A stretch of DNA of 20,000 nucleotides from Craspedostauros australis (GCA_030167865.1 JALAGF010003459.1:55533-75532), one strand, 5' to 3'. Positions 9,751-19,739 are shown, numbered from the stretch's first letter. Numbers and translations are program-made. Notes: generated by a model not told the origin, from the letters alone.

Positions 9751-11252
9751 TGTTGCTTGCGCATCAGTAGGAATTGGTGTGGCTGGTTTGTTGATGAAAG
9801 ATTATTGTGGCGCTTGGTTTGGTTTGATGTTTGAAAGATGATCAATTGTACGTTCAAACCCATCGAGAGACCTTGGACCATGGAGCTGGTTGAGTGTCTT
9901 TGGATCGTTCGGAGGCAGATGCTTCGTTGCGCAGATTTTCTCTTCCCGTCTCTTCAAGACCGTACTCCCCCGATCATTGGAGTTTCAGCCTTCAGACCCA
10001 CACCATACTCCCGAAGGGCTGGAACTGCATCGATTGGAGTGGTAGCATTGGTTGATGCCGACCATAGCTTCCGCACCATCAATAAGTATTCGCGCTGGGA
10101 GGATGGAGGGGTACTGCAGTGTGGAAATCACGTTCCAAAATGGCGAAGTCGTTTTTGATCAGGTCTTGCTCATGTTTTGTGTGGATAACTCTGGCGCTTT
10201 TGTGCATGGAGAGTTCGACAGCCGGACGGAGCATTACGCCTTCGTGGGCGCATAATGTTGCGTACGTACTACGCATGCTGCACGTGCTTGCGTTTGTATG
10301 AGTCCTCGTATGCGAGTTGTGAAGTAGAATAGTTGAAAGCTCATCCTCATTGCACCCACGCGAATAGGGATGATGCTTTGGGGAACCGTTTGCATCACTC
10401 CACCCAAATGGCATCATCGGCTGACTCGCCTCCGTATTGGTGAGGCGACTACTCGTGCTGGAAGAGGGTGGGACCGTGTCAACGTGGCGTCTGTCTCTCT
10501 GCGATCTCTAGAGAGAGCAGAAGGCAGAGGATAGCTCTTACGGATTGGTAACGACCGCGCTTTGGTCTGGTGACATGTCTCTCTCTCTGGGCGGCTGAGA
10601 CCGCGCTTGCTTCCACTAAATGCCGGCGATGCCGGAGCGCCTGGATGAGTTTCCACCTTCTGGCGAACAGGCAGGCGCTCAGACCCGTAGATCATTCCGA
10701 CAAGGACTGCGAGCATTCCACTCCTTGCCGACACAGTGTCGAAGGCTCGACGACCTACCCCATTTGTGTGTGCCGTGGCCAACAACCGATGCCCACAGAG
10801 GTCCTCGGGTCCACAACAGAGCGCATCGCGATCAACACAACAACAACACATTGATCCATGTAGCTCTTCGCCCATGAGATCGCGGTGCGTTTTGTGTCAA
10901 CAATCGTCGCAAGAGAAAGGCGCGAACAAATCTTTGTTGTTCGACTCTATTCGACTGGTTCGATCCACGAAAATCTACAGAACAGGGCCTGATTAAGTAC
11001 CGGATCTCGGCTCTGTTCCATTCCCGTGTCGTTGTCGTCACAAGATCGTATCCTGCCACGATTTGGAACGCACGAACACAAGGACAAGCCCAACCACATC
11101 GGCACGGATCTTGCACTACCTTCAACGAGTTGCCCGCGGCCGCCCTGTTGCTGAGGCCGCAGCCGTCCACAGCAGCATCTGCGAGCAACGTTGGCGACAC
11201 TACAAGTACAGGCGCGTTACTGCCACCTTTGTGCAGAAGTGTGTCCATCATC

Positions 11253-12479
11253 ATGGCGAGTCAAAGGAACAAGGAGCGTAAGAAGTCCAAAAAGCGGCGA
11301 CTGAACCAGCCAAGCTCACAGACTCAAATCGATGGAGGAGACCAAGACGTCACAGGCGATCCGTCGACAGCATCCGCAAGCGTGGCCAAGCCATCGAAAT
11401 CCACATCAGGATCGTCTGATTCGCAGCAAGATGGCGGGGTCAAACCCCAACCTTCTGGTTCATCGCAGCAGGGTGAAACACATGGCGATCAATCGATTGA
11501 GAAGAAGAGGAAGGCCAAGAAGAGACGACGGAACGAGACGAAACGAGAGAATAAGAGCAAACCCATCCCATCGAGCCGAGGCGGCCCCAACGGCGGTTCT
11601 TCGGCGTCACCGTCGACATCGAAGTCACTGTCACAGCCACATCCAAAAGAATCACAATCGTCGTCAACAGCAACAGAAATAGACACAGCAAAACCGTCCG
11701 CCAAGGTGGAGCACGCATTCGTCACCGATGAAAGCGATCACTGCGAAACTCCGATGCAGGCATATCGCGACGCTCTGCCGTTGATCGACAAGCTCATTGC
11801 AGGGTTGAGCAAGACACGCAAAACCGTCACGGTGTATGATCCGTACTACTGCAATGGTGGGATCCAGACAAAGCTGGCGTCCTTGAGATTTGCCAACGTC
11901 ATCAACCAGAACCGTGACTTCTATGGAGACATTGCGGACGATACCGTGCCAGAGCATGATATCCTCGTGACGAATCCACCGTACTCTGGCGTGCACATTG
12001 AGCGGCTTCTCAAGTTCGCAATGTCGAGTGGCAAGCCGTTCCTCCTGCTGCTGCCGCACTTCGTATACACCAAGGAATACTACAGAGGCAGCATGCAAGG
12101 ACACGGCAGCAAGCAGATTTTCTTTCTGGTTCCGAAAGCGCGGTACTCCTACGTGCCACCGGCGTGGGCCTCGCACGCGGAAGGATCAACAGCGCTTGCT
12201 AAAGGCAAGACGCAAACGGCGCCCTTCCCAACCTTTTGGTACTGCCACGTTCCAACCAATGTTGGTATCGGCAAAGATTGGTTGCAGCGGACATTTGGGA
12301 GAAGCGGTGTGTACGACCGACATCGCAAGCTGCAGTACGCAAGCTGCGCACAGGATATCCCACGCGATTTCAAGGGAGAGTTTGACAAAACGAAAAAGCG
12401 GCCCAACAACAAGGCGCGCAAACGGGCTGCGGCAAGGCGAAGGAAAGAGCAAGAGCAAAAACAGAACGAACGAAGGTAG
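11253..12479 (+). CDS. Putative N6-adenine (amino) methyltransferase, phage/Dam-like motif set, with basic NLS-like N- and C-terminal extensions, about 408 aa
   Basis: The first ATG is at 11253 (the track starts at a TTG at 11130) and the stop is TAG at 12477-12479. Motifs in order: DHCETP (11736), VYDPYYCNGG (SAM-binding motif I-like, about 11832), NRDFY, DILVTNPPYS (motif IV, NPPY at 11973-11984) and KPFLLLLP. Basic clusters: KERKKSKKRR, KKRKAKKRRR, KKRPNNKARKRAAARRRK. Confidence 0.8.
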   Translation: MASQRNKERKKSKKRRLNQPSSQTQIDGGDQDVTGDPSTASASVAKPSKSTSGSSDSQQDGGVKPQPSGSSQQGETHGDQSIEKKRKAKKRRRNETKRENKSKPIPSSRGGPNGGSSASPSTSKSLSQPHPKESQSSSTATEIDTAKPSAKVEHAFVTDESDHCETPMQAYRDALPLIDKLIAGLSKTRKTVTVYDPYYCNGGIQTKLASLRFANVINQNRDFYGDIADDTVPEHDILVTNPPYSGVHIERLLKFAMSSGKPFLLLLPHFVYTKEYYRGSMQGHGSKQIFFLVPKARYSYVPPAWASHAEGSTALAKGKTQTAPFPTFWYCHVPTNVGIGKDWLQRTFGRSGVYDRHRKLQYASCAQDIPRDFKGEFDKTKKRPNNKARKRAAARRRKEQEQKQNERR

Positions 12480-12829
12480 GCAAACACCAACTTCGGATGG
12501 ATACCGCAATCGTTAGGAATTGGGTGAGGCACGGAAAGTTTAATGCACGTACTCCGCATACTCACGTTCTCTTCGCGTGCAGCAGACGCATGCACAAATA
12601 AGAGCGCAGGTATGGTTCATATGAATACGAGTAGAGTGTTGTTACACGGCGCTTGCATGTTGGCATGGCACAAGATGTGATTTACTAGTATTCTAGAGCA
12701 GCGAGACGACTCCTCTACGAGTATATCTCAAAGTGTTACTCTATATCTGCTGAGTAGTGTACATATAATACGACTCTGCATTTTATCGTAGAGTATCATG
12801 AACGGATCGGCAGTGGTCATCCCGTGAAC

Positions 12830-14497
12830 TTAGCCACGCATGGCAAAGCACTTCGCGGCCAGCTGCACCTGGTCCTGCGAGGCCGGCAGCTCCAGCGCTG
12901 CTGTCATGAGCAGAGGAGGGACGAACGCGATGACCAAGTGGAAAGCGGAGTGTGACCAGCCACCGATGGGATACTTGGCGAAGAGCCATCCGCAGATGGC
13001 AAAGTTGCACCACAGCTTTGAGAACAAGAGGATATCGCCCCTGCGCAAGACCGGGATCGTGTATGCGAGGACGCTGATTCCGATCCGAATCTTGTTGGCA
13101 CGCGGACGCACCCTTTTCTTGAACTGCCGGAACATGCAGTCCAGGTTGAACAAGGCGTTGGCCAGGAAGAAATCAAGCCGCCCAGATGTGGCGTACGACA
13201 TGGAGGCGGAGGTCACGTGGATCATGGCCTGGTCCATGCGACGACTCCAATGATCGGTGCGCGCAAATCCTGGTGGCAATCGGTGCGCGTACTTCCAGTG
13301 GTAGATGATTGAGAACGGCGCTTGCACGATGATGCCAAATGCTGCGGCGAGAACCGGCAGCGGTGGCAGCGCGTAGAGATTGGGAAACCATGATGAATGG
13401 ACGCAACCGTATGTGTCGATAAACGGCATGTCGAGCGTGTCTGCCGCTGCTGCATGTGTCAGTGTTGGTGGCACGTCATTGTTGCCATCGGCGTACTTCA
13501 TGAGAAGGGATTTGGATAGCCAGGCGCCGGACACAAGGAAGTACAGGCAGAAGACGACGCTGGGGACGATTGTGATGGCGTTCATCCTCTCCTGAAGCGG
13601 CGTCATCTCACGACCTGCCATGTATGCAGCCACATCGACGTCCGAGATGAGCTGAGATTTGGCGAACGTGACCAGTGAGTCGCCGGATTCCGGCGATGAT
13701 GAGGCGCTCGTGTCCGAAGATGCTGCTTTGCTGATGTTCAGGTCCTCGTCGTCATCCTTGCTGCAGTCAGTTGCATGACGACCCGGAAACCGCGGGCTGA
13801 GGAGCATACCAGCCTCATGTGTGCTGCTACGATCCGCTGCGAGGGGCAAGGTTTCCTCGTTTCCTGATGACGACAATGCTGGTGGTTTGTCCCGCTCTGA
13901 ACCAATCTCAACCTGTGAAGTCAGCGCTGATGATGAAGCGAATGCGATGTTGCTGTTGATTTGGGCGCTGGTACGTTGGGGCGCTCGCTCTGTACCAGGG
14001 CTACTCATCGTGCCTCGGAGACCGCCGTGTCTGCCTGCTCCTTGTTCGATCATCTCCAACTGCACGGACTCGCTTCTGTCAAACTGATGGACCGGCAACC
14101 GTGCCACCAGTGGTGTCACCATCGATACCGACCTTCGTCCTGGACGACGATGCGGCACACTCCTCACGCATGCGTGGACATTGGCAATCGGGTGATTGCT
14201 GGTGTCCCTCGACGTTGCATTGCTGGCGATGGTCATCGCAGCCAAATCAGGAGCAGAAGTTGGAGCGGCGAGGGCGCTTCCGGCCGCACCGGGACCCGCA
14301 AAACCCATCGCCCCGATGGAAGTTGGAGTGACATCGCTCACCCCTTGTCGTGCCAAGAGGCGCTCATGTTCGTGTCCATGTTCATTCTCGTATTCGTTGT
14401 GTTGATCTTGAGTGGACGAGGCATCGACATGCTCGTCGGTCGTATTGCGTGCGCGATATTGCAGTGGCCGCGATAGGTTCATCAAGAATGATGCCAT
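12830..14497 (-). CDS. PAQR/haemolysin-III-like (CREST superfamily) multi-pass membrane protein with a long disordered N-terminus, 555 aa
   Basis: Uninterrupted ORF from ATG to TAA. The C-terminal ~255 aa are hydrophobic and carry ERMNAIT (ExxNxxT), SIIYH (SxxxH, 13298-13312), RRMDQAMI (conserved Asp) and SHSAFH (HxxxH, 12938-12952), the signature motifs of CREST/PAQR proteins. Confidence 0.8.
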   Translation of the reverse strand: MASFLMNLSRPLQYRARNTTDEHVDASSTQDQHNEYENEHGHEHERLLARQGVSDVTPTSIGAMGFAGPGAAGSALAAPTSAPDLAAMTIASNATSRDTSNHPIANVHACVRSVPHRRPGRRSVSMVTPLVARLPVHQFDRSESVQLEMIEQGAGRHGGLRGTMSSPGTERAPQRTSAQINSNIAFASSSALTSQVEIGSERDKPPALSSSGNEETLPLAADRSSTHEAGMLLSPRFPGRHATDCSKDDDEDLNISKAASSDTSASSSPESGDSLVTFAKSQLISDVDVAAYMAGREMTPLQERMNAITIVPSVVFCLYFLVSGAWLSKSLLMKYADGNNDVPPTLTHAAAADTLDMPFIDTYGCVHSSWFPNLYALPPLPVLAAAFGIIVQAPFSIIYHWKYAHRLPPGFARTDHWSRRMDQAMIHVTSASMSYATSGRLDFFLANALFNLDCMFRQFKKRVRPRANKIRIGISVLAYTIPVLRRGDILLFSKLWCNFAICGWLFAKYPIGGWSHSAFHLVIAFVPPLLMTAALELPASQDQVQLAAKCFAMRG

Positions 14498-14801
14498 CGA
14501 TACTTCCTGTGCCCGTCTCTTGGCTTGCTCTTAGGTTGCCTGCGAGAACGTGAATGCTCTTGGTGTAATGTAATGCGATGTGGTGTAATTCCTCGGTTGG
14601 TTGCTGCTTTGCGATGCTCAATTGTGAAATGACCCTTTGCAGATGATCTTGAGGAGCCGGAGGAGGGCGGGATTGTGTCGGACTTCTCGGCGAGGCGGTT
14701 CGTGAAGGAGGTCTGTGATGTTTTGTGCGTGTTTGTCTGACTTCGGAGACGCGCCAAGAGTTCCGTTTTGAACAACACGACTGACGGACACAAAATCAAG
14801 C

Positions 14802-14876
14802 TGACGTGACCCAATCAAAAGCGCGGAAAAGAGCTGTGAAGAAGCACAAAGAGAATGAGTGGAGAATTCTGATTGG
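14802..14876. promoter_or_regulatory. Candidate promoter elements upstream of the PAQR-like gene: TGACGT (bZIP/aureochrome-type box) next to CCAAT, plus an inverted CCAAT
   Basis: TGACGT at 14802-14807, CCAATC at 14811-14816 and ATTGG at 14872-14876, about 305-380 nt upstream of the ATG. These are short motifs, so chance occurrence is possible. Confidence 0.3.
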
Positions 14877-16626
14877 CTGAGAGGTCTTCTATTCGCTATG
14901 CGAGCGTGACGAAATGAATGAACATCAAATCGCGAAGACAACCACCGAAATCGTGGTAAATTCGAAGCCAAAGAGAGAAAGAGAGGAACACCAACGAACA
15001 CATCAACACCGACACCAACGCCACAACGCAAAACAACGCAAAAACAACACACGCACATGTCGACACGTTCCCGCTCCACGCATCCTGCAGGGCGACTGGG
15101 GCCATGACCATGGCGACGATCATGATGGCAGTGGCGTTGATGGTGTCAACTGCCGCATGCGACACCAGCCATGATGTGCCTTCTATAGACCATTTGCGTC
15201 CACTCATCTGGTCAAAGTCCACTGTCTGCTTTCCGCAATCGACAACTCGCACGCCAACATCCGTGCGACGGCGACGATGGCAGCAGCACAGCAGTAAGAA
15301 TGCCACATTCACTCACTCGTTTCAAAGCCTGATAGAGAGACCCGAAGTTAATGGCCGCGATGGCTGCTTTATGGGAGAATGGAGTGTCGTGTCGTTGCTC
15401 AGCACTGCGACTACACGACTATGCACAGCGTGGTAGCTCGCATGCGTTGCAAAGCTTCCGTACTTTGTTTGGTGGGCGCACGACGAGGCTCTGGAGAGAA
15501 GCTCCCAACCAGAAGAGCATCGAGAACAATGCGCGGCGTTCTGAGCAGTTACACTCTCCAATACAAAATCGAGTCGCGGGTGACATGGTCATGGAACGTC
15601 GACGGATGTTGCGATGTGACACCATGCGGCGGAATTGTTGAGTGATGTGCGAAGTGCCATGATTCGCATCTGGGGGCCTCGATGGCTCTGATGGCCTGGG
15701 TGTCAACTCCCCTCCTCTCCCGTCACATCCATCATCTTGTTGTCATCACGAAACAGCGAAAGTCCCTCTCCACGAAAGGTGGTTCTGATTTGTCTCATCA
15801 GGGAGGCGCGACCTGCCACGGCCTTTCTTCTCAATACTCGTCCAGAGTGGAGAGGTGCATACTCGTAGGCCAGAATACAACTCTCTAATAGTACAGCTGG
15901 ATCAACATGGGGACTGCTGTTGGGAAGCGTGCGGCGAACGGGTCGAGAGAGGCCACCAAAGCACCAACAAAACCAGGGCTTGGACTCTCCCTTGGCGATC
16001 GCGTCATGTGGAGGTGAAACGGTTCCTGTCATTTTTGTTGATGCTGCTGTTGCTTTTCTTCACCGCGGATGACAAGAGGCTTCCCAAATGGTGACACATC
16101 TTTCTCCCACCGAGATCTGGAGCCCTCTCAGAGTCATGTTCTTCTTTTGGGCTGAGAAGTTGATGTTGGAATCTATTTGGTGCTCCTGATTGGTAGAGAG
16201 GATCGCAGTATCTATCTCTACTCTTGCTCGTAGATCGTATTATATTATGTACATACTCAGATGAACACCAGGGCATCGACCAGCCTCACCTATCATCCAC
16301 ACTTGCATGGTGTAAAGTTAACGATGGAGTAGAGTAGAGCATAGGAGACCAGAGGACGCTCCAGTGTTTGTACCGGTAGCGTACGAGTACCGTATGGTGG
16401 AGTATTATCAAAGGCAGAATAGCACTACATTGCTGTCTGCGTTGTTCCAAAATGCCTTCGCCTGCATGGTCCAACTTCTCAAGAGATCCTCGCACCATCG
16501 TCCAGCAAAGCAAATGTTCCGCTCCAGGAGTATCTACAGCAGCAGGTGTAGCGCCACGATTGATCAGAACCAGGTGGCGTGTTGCAAGTTATTTGTGGCT
16601 CTTAATAGGATTTAGTTACACACTTG

Positions 16627-16644
16627 CTCTCTCTCTCTCTCTCT
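16627..16644. repeat. (CT)9 microsatellite downstream of the ADH stop codon
   Basis: Read directly from the sequence. Confidence 0.9.
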
Positions 16645-16705
16645 GTAGAGCGAGAGCTGCCGCTACCGTTGCTGCGGATGGGGCCGCTGCTGTGGCTGTT
16701 GTTGA

Positions 16706-17770
16706 TCAATTAGATTGTGGCAAGCACACCACCTTTCCAACGCACTGGCACGACTTGATCTTCTCCAGACCGACTTGGAAGTCCTTGAGCGCGATGGTGG
16801 AATCAACGATGGTTTTCACTGTGCCGTCGCCAACGAGGTCAACGGCCTCTTTCAAATCCTCCAGCGTCGCACCGACGCTGCCGATGATCTGCTGCTCGTA
16901 CACGATGAGGGGCATTGGATGGCAGCGGAAGTCATGGTCGGATCCGGCATGGTATCCGATCAGCACCAACCTACCACGTCTTCCCAGCGCGCCGACCCAT
17001 CCGGCGCAGGCATCCATCGTCTCGCGGTGTCCCACGCACTCGAAGATCATGTCCACGCCGTTGCCGTCGGTTGCAGCACGCACTGCGGCTGCCACGTCTT
17101 TGACCTCGCTGGCATCCACCACAGCATCGGCGCCGAGCGCCTTCGCCATATCGATCTTGGCCTGGGAACGGCACACGCACAGCACCTTGGTCTTGAATTT
17201 GTTCTTCAGCAATTGCAGGAGGCCGAATCCAACGCCGTTCACGCCGTAGATCATGGCCCATTCGCCCTCCTGCGGCTTGGCCAGCTTGGCGGCGTGCACA
17301 GCCGTGGTGACACCGCATCCGATCGGTGCTGCGTGCACGAAATCCACCGAATCCGGCAGCTGAACGGCGTTGCGTGCTGGTGCCGCGACGAACTCGGCGA
17401 GGCCGCCATCGCTGATGAAACCGTACTCGGCCTTGAGAGCTGGGCAGACCTGCTCGTCGCCCTGCTTGCACCAACGGCAGTCTCCGCAACCGACGTAGTA
17501 GTAGACGATGACGCGCTCACCGATGCGGTTCTCGGAAACCTTCGATCCCACCTTGGTGATCACACCCACAGCTTCGTGGCCCAGCGTCATCGGCTTGACG
17601 CCCAAATCGAGGGTGCCATTGCTGAAGTGCAGCTCGGTGTGGCACAGCGCGGCCGCATGGATCTTCACGAGCACATCATCCTCGGCCAGCTCATCGGGCA
17701 CGGGAACATCCTCGAAGGTGAGTGGTTCGTTGGCACCGTGGTAACGGACTGATTTCATGTTTGGTGCCAT
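16706..17770 (-). CDS. Zinc-dependent alcohol dehydrogenase (MDR superfamily), 354 aa
   Basis: Catalytic Zn ligands LCHTELH, GHEAVG and IGCGVTT; structural Zn cluster CGDCRWCKQGDEQVC; Rossmann motif YGVNGVG; VDMIFECVG. An in-frame stop upstream makes ATG 17770 the first possible start. Confidence 0.95.
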   Translation of the reverse strand: MAPNMKSVRYHGANEPLTFEDVPVPDELAEDDVLVKIHAAALCHTELHFSNGTLDLGVKPMTLGHEAVGVITKVGSKVSENRIGERVIVYYYVGCGDCRWCKQGDEQVCPALKAEYGFISDGGLAEFVAAPARNAVQLPDSVDFVHAAPIGCGVTTAVHAAKLAKPQEGEWAMIYGVNGVGFGLLQLLKNKFKTKVLCVCRSQAKIDMAKALGADAVVDASEVKDVAAAVRAATDGNGVDMIFECVGHRETMDACAGWVGALGRRGRLVLIGYHAGSDHDFRCHPMPLIVYEQQIIGSVGATLEDLKEAVDLVGDGTVKTIVDSTIALKDFQVGLEKIKSCQCVGKVVCLPQSN

Positions 17771-18386
17771 GATGCTGCTCTTACGTTCTGTGAGTGTGAT
17801 GGGTTCGACGGGTTTGACGGCGCTGATGATGACGGTGCAGATGGACTACTCCGCAGTCTCTCGTTATTGTGCGGGTACCAAGCTTTTCTTGTGATCATCG
17901 CCATGGTCGCTTCCTCGCTGTGACGGAGACCCTTGTCCGCAACACATTTGCGCATAGGTTCATTCGGCTGCAGGTGTCAAAGCAAGTGTTTGGTTGGTGG
18001 TGAATGTTTCAGAATCCAAATGTTGCGAACAGGCGAATAAAAGTGCGTCAGTTGTGTTGCGTTGTTTTCGTTTTTGCGTTCGAGGACTGAACCAGAAGCA
18101 GTATCCCTTCGTGAGTACCATTCTACTTGGTACCATGGAAGCCAATTCCGTTCGCAACAGGGGAGCGAGAGTCAAGTTAGCCGGCTCCATGCACTCGCGT
18201 GATACGGGCACATGCAATGTGAGCGCCTCAAGTACACGAGCATGGCACCAGAGTAGAGTAGATTAGAGTCGAACGGGATTGATTGCAGCACTGTGGGTGT
18301 GATGTCAACATGGTACAGAGTACTACGAGCCACGCAATTAATGGAACAGCGTGTATGGTGCGTGAAGGCGTCCAGTTGGTGCTTCT

Positions 18387-19739
18387 TCATGGAGATTGGT
18401 TCGGTGCCTGAACCTCAGCGACCTTGCGGGTGTTGATCATGACGGCCACGATGTACAGGATCTTGTAGAATGCGCCGATGGCCAGCAAGATGGCGATGTC
18501 CTGTCCCACGTTGTCTTTGTTCTCCACAACGGGGAACACCCTGTGTAGCTTCTCCAGCGCCTCTTCGCTGGTCAGGCTATCGTCGAAGTCCGTGTCGTGT
18601 AAGATGGTGTACATCATGCTGTGGATGTAGTATCCATACGGCATGATGTAATAGAACAACTTCAATGGCCAGTACTGATCCGATTCAGGGACGAGGAAGC
18701 CACTGAAGAGGAAGCTTCCAGACTAAAAGATCATGAATTGCATCATGCCGATGATCGGATCGTCAACCAGCACGGACAGTGCCTCCGCAGCACTCTCGAA
18801 GACGAACATGATGGCTGCGCACAGAATAATGTGTATGCCGAACGCTTCCCACGGCAAGCCGTGGATGGCGTATGCTGGAATAAGGAGGGAGAAGATCGCA
18901 AAGAGGATGAAGATGGGAACGACGAGGATGGACTTGACCATGACATAGGTGGCTGCGGAGACCATTCCATTCTGCGATTCTTGTTGAATGGATTTGAACT
19001 CATTGTTTAATGCGCACACCGCGACGATTCCCACTGTTCGCGTTCAGATCATATGGAATGCAGCAGAGTAGAGTAGGCACAGAGTAAAGTAGAGTAGGAT
19101 GGAGTAGAATGGGATAGAGTAGACAATGTGAGCATCATCATCGTTGCCGCCCTATTCGTACATAGTCGTTGGCATGCGCATATTGACAGTTGCAATAGAA
19201 GGCGGAAGATGCACAAAAGATATGTTGTGTCTCGGTTTCCATTTCAGTTCATTTCATTTCGTTTCTTGGCTTCGAGCCATTCACCACGTACTCTTGGTCG
19301 AGATGCTCACAAACCAGACCTGGCTCCACATCTTGTTGTACAGCTGATCGAACTCGTTGTCTTGCGCATTCCAGAACACGAAGCTAATCACCGTGCTCAT
19401 CATGAGGAAGACGAGGCAACGTCCGAGATACAAGATGGGATTACGGCCGATCAATAGCAGATGGCGTTTGAACATGATGCTGATTTCTGTCATGAAGCTG
19501 GTGCCTTGGGTCTTCCCCATGCCCGCCGCTTCGTCGTCGTTGGCATCATTGTCAATTAGTTCTGTGTCAAGAGTGGAACCTCTGTGGAACAACGCATTCT
19601 TCGACTTGTGCTGGTCCCAAAGGTTGAGAATGTGCTCCGCTTCTTCGTCACCAGAGAAGTCAGAATTTACAAGATCAAGGAAGTGATCGGCTGGGTTGGT
19701 GGCCTCTGGGAGTGGAAATCCGATGCGATCGAAGTATGG
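18387..19739 (-). pseudogene. ABCG (White/half-size) transporter, 3' portion (linker + ABC2 membrane domain), disrupted by an in-frame TAG at 18723-18725 and a 5' junction to foreign sequence at 19740
   Basis: Exons 19739-19292 and 19033-18387 splice in frame (...STK-A|TG-GIVAV...). Motifs: YFDRIGFPLPEATNPADHFLDLVNSDF, FKRHLLLIGRNPILYLGR, ESQNGMVSAATY, F*SGSFLFSGFLVP..YWPLKLFYYIMPYGY. The ORFs 18723-19034 and 18387-18665 are in the same frame and are separated only by one TAG. No nucleotide-binding domain is present in the window. Confidence 0.8.
19034..19291 (-). other. Spliceosomal GT-AG intron (258 nt, phase 1) in the ABCG gene
   Basis: Donor AAGA|GTACGT at 19291 and acceptor GAACAG|TG at 19034. 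Removing it joins two ABCG-like frames. It contains low-complexity CTACT and GAAAT repeats. Confidence 0.85.

Noticed and set aside
10079-10260. RVIHTKHEQDLIKNDFAILE, resembling the catalytic-Asp region of trypsin-like proteases
   Set aside because: I found no TAAHC or GDSGGP motif in the nearby frames I read.
16440-16590. LINRGATPAAVDTPG on the minus strand, faintly ankyrin-like
   Set aside because: A single weak match with no TPLH motif and no ATG-led frame covering it.
16715-17752. 345-aa plus-strand ORF antisense to ADH, and similar long antisense or alternate-frame ORFs over MATE (e.g. 3140-3955)
   Set aside because: These are shadow ORFs produced by the GC3-rich codon usage of the real opposite-strand genes, with no independent motifs.
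18723-18725. Genome-wide TAG codon reassignment as an explanation for the ABCG stop
   Set aside because: The five intact genes (about 3270 codons) contain no internal TAG, and the methyltransferase ORF terminates plausibly at a TAG.
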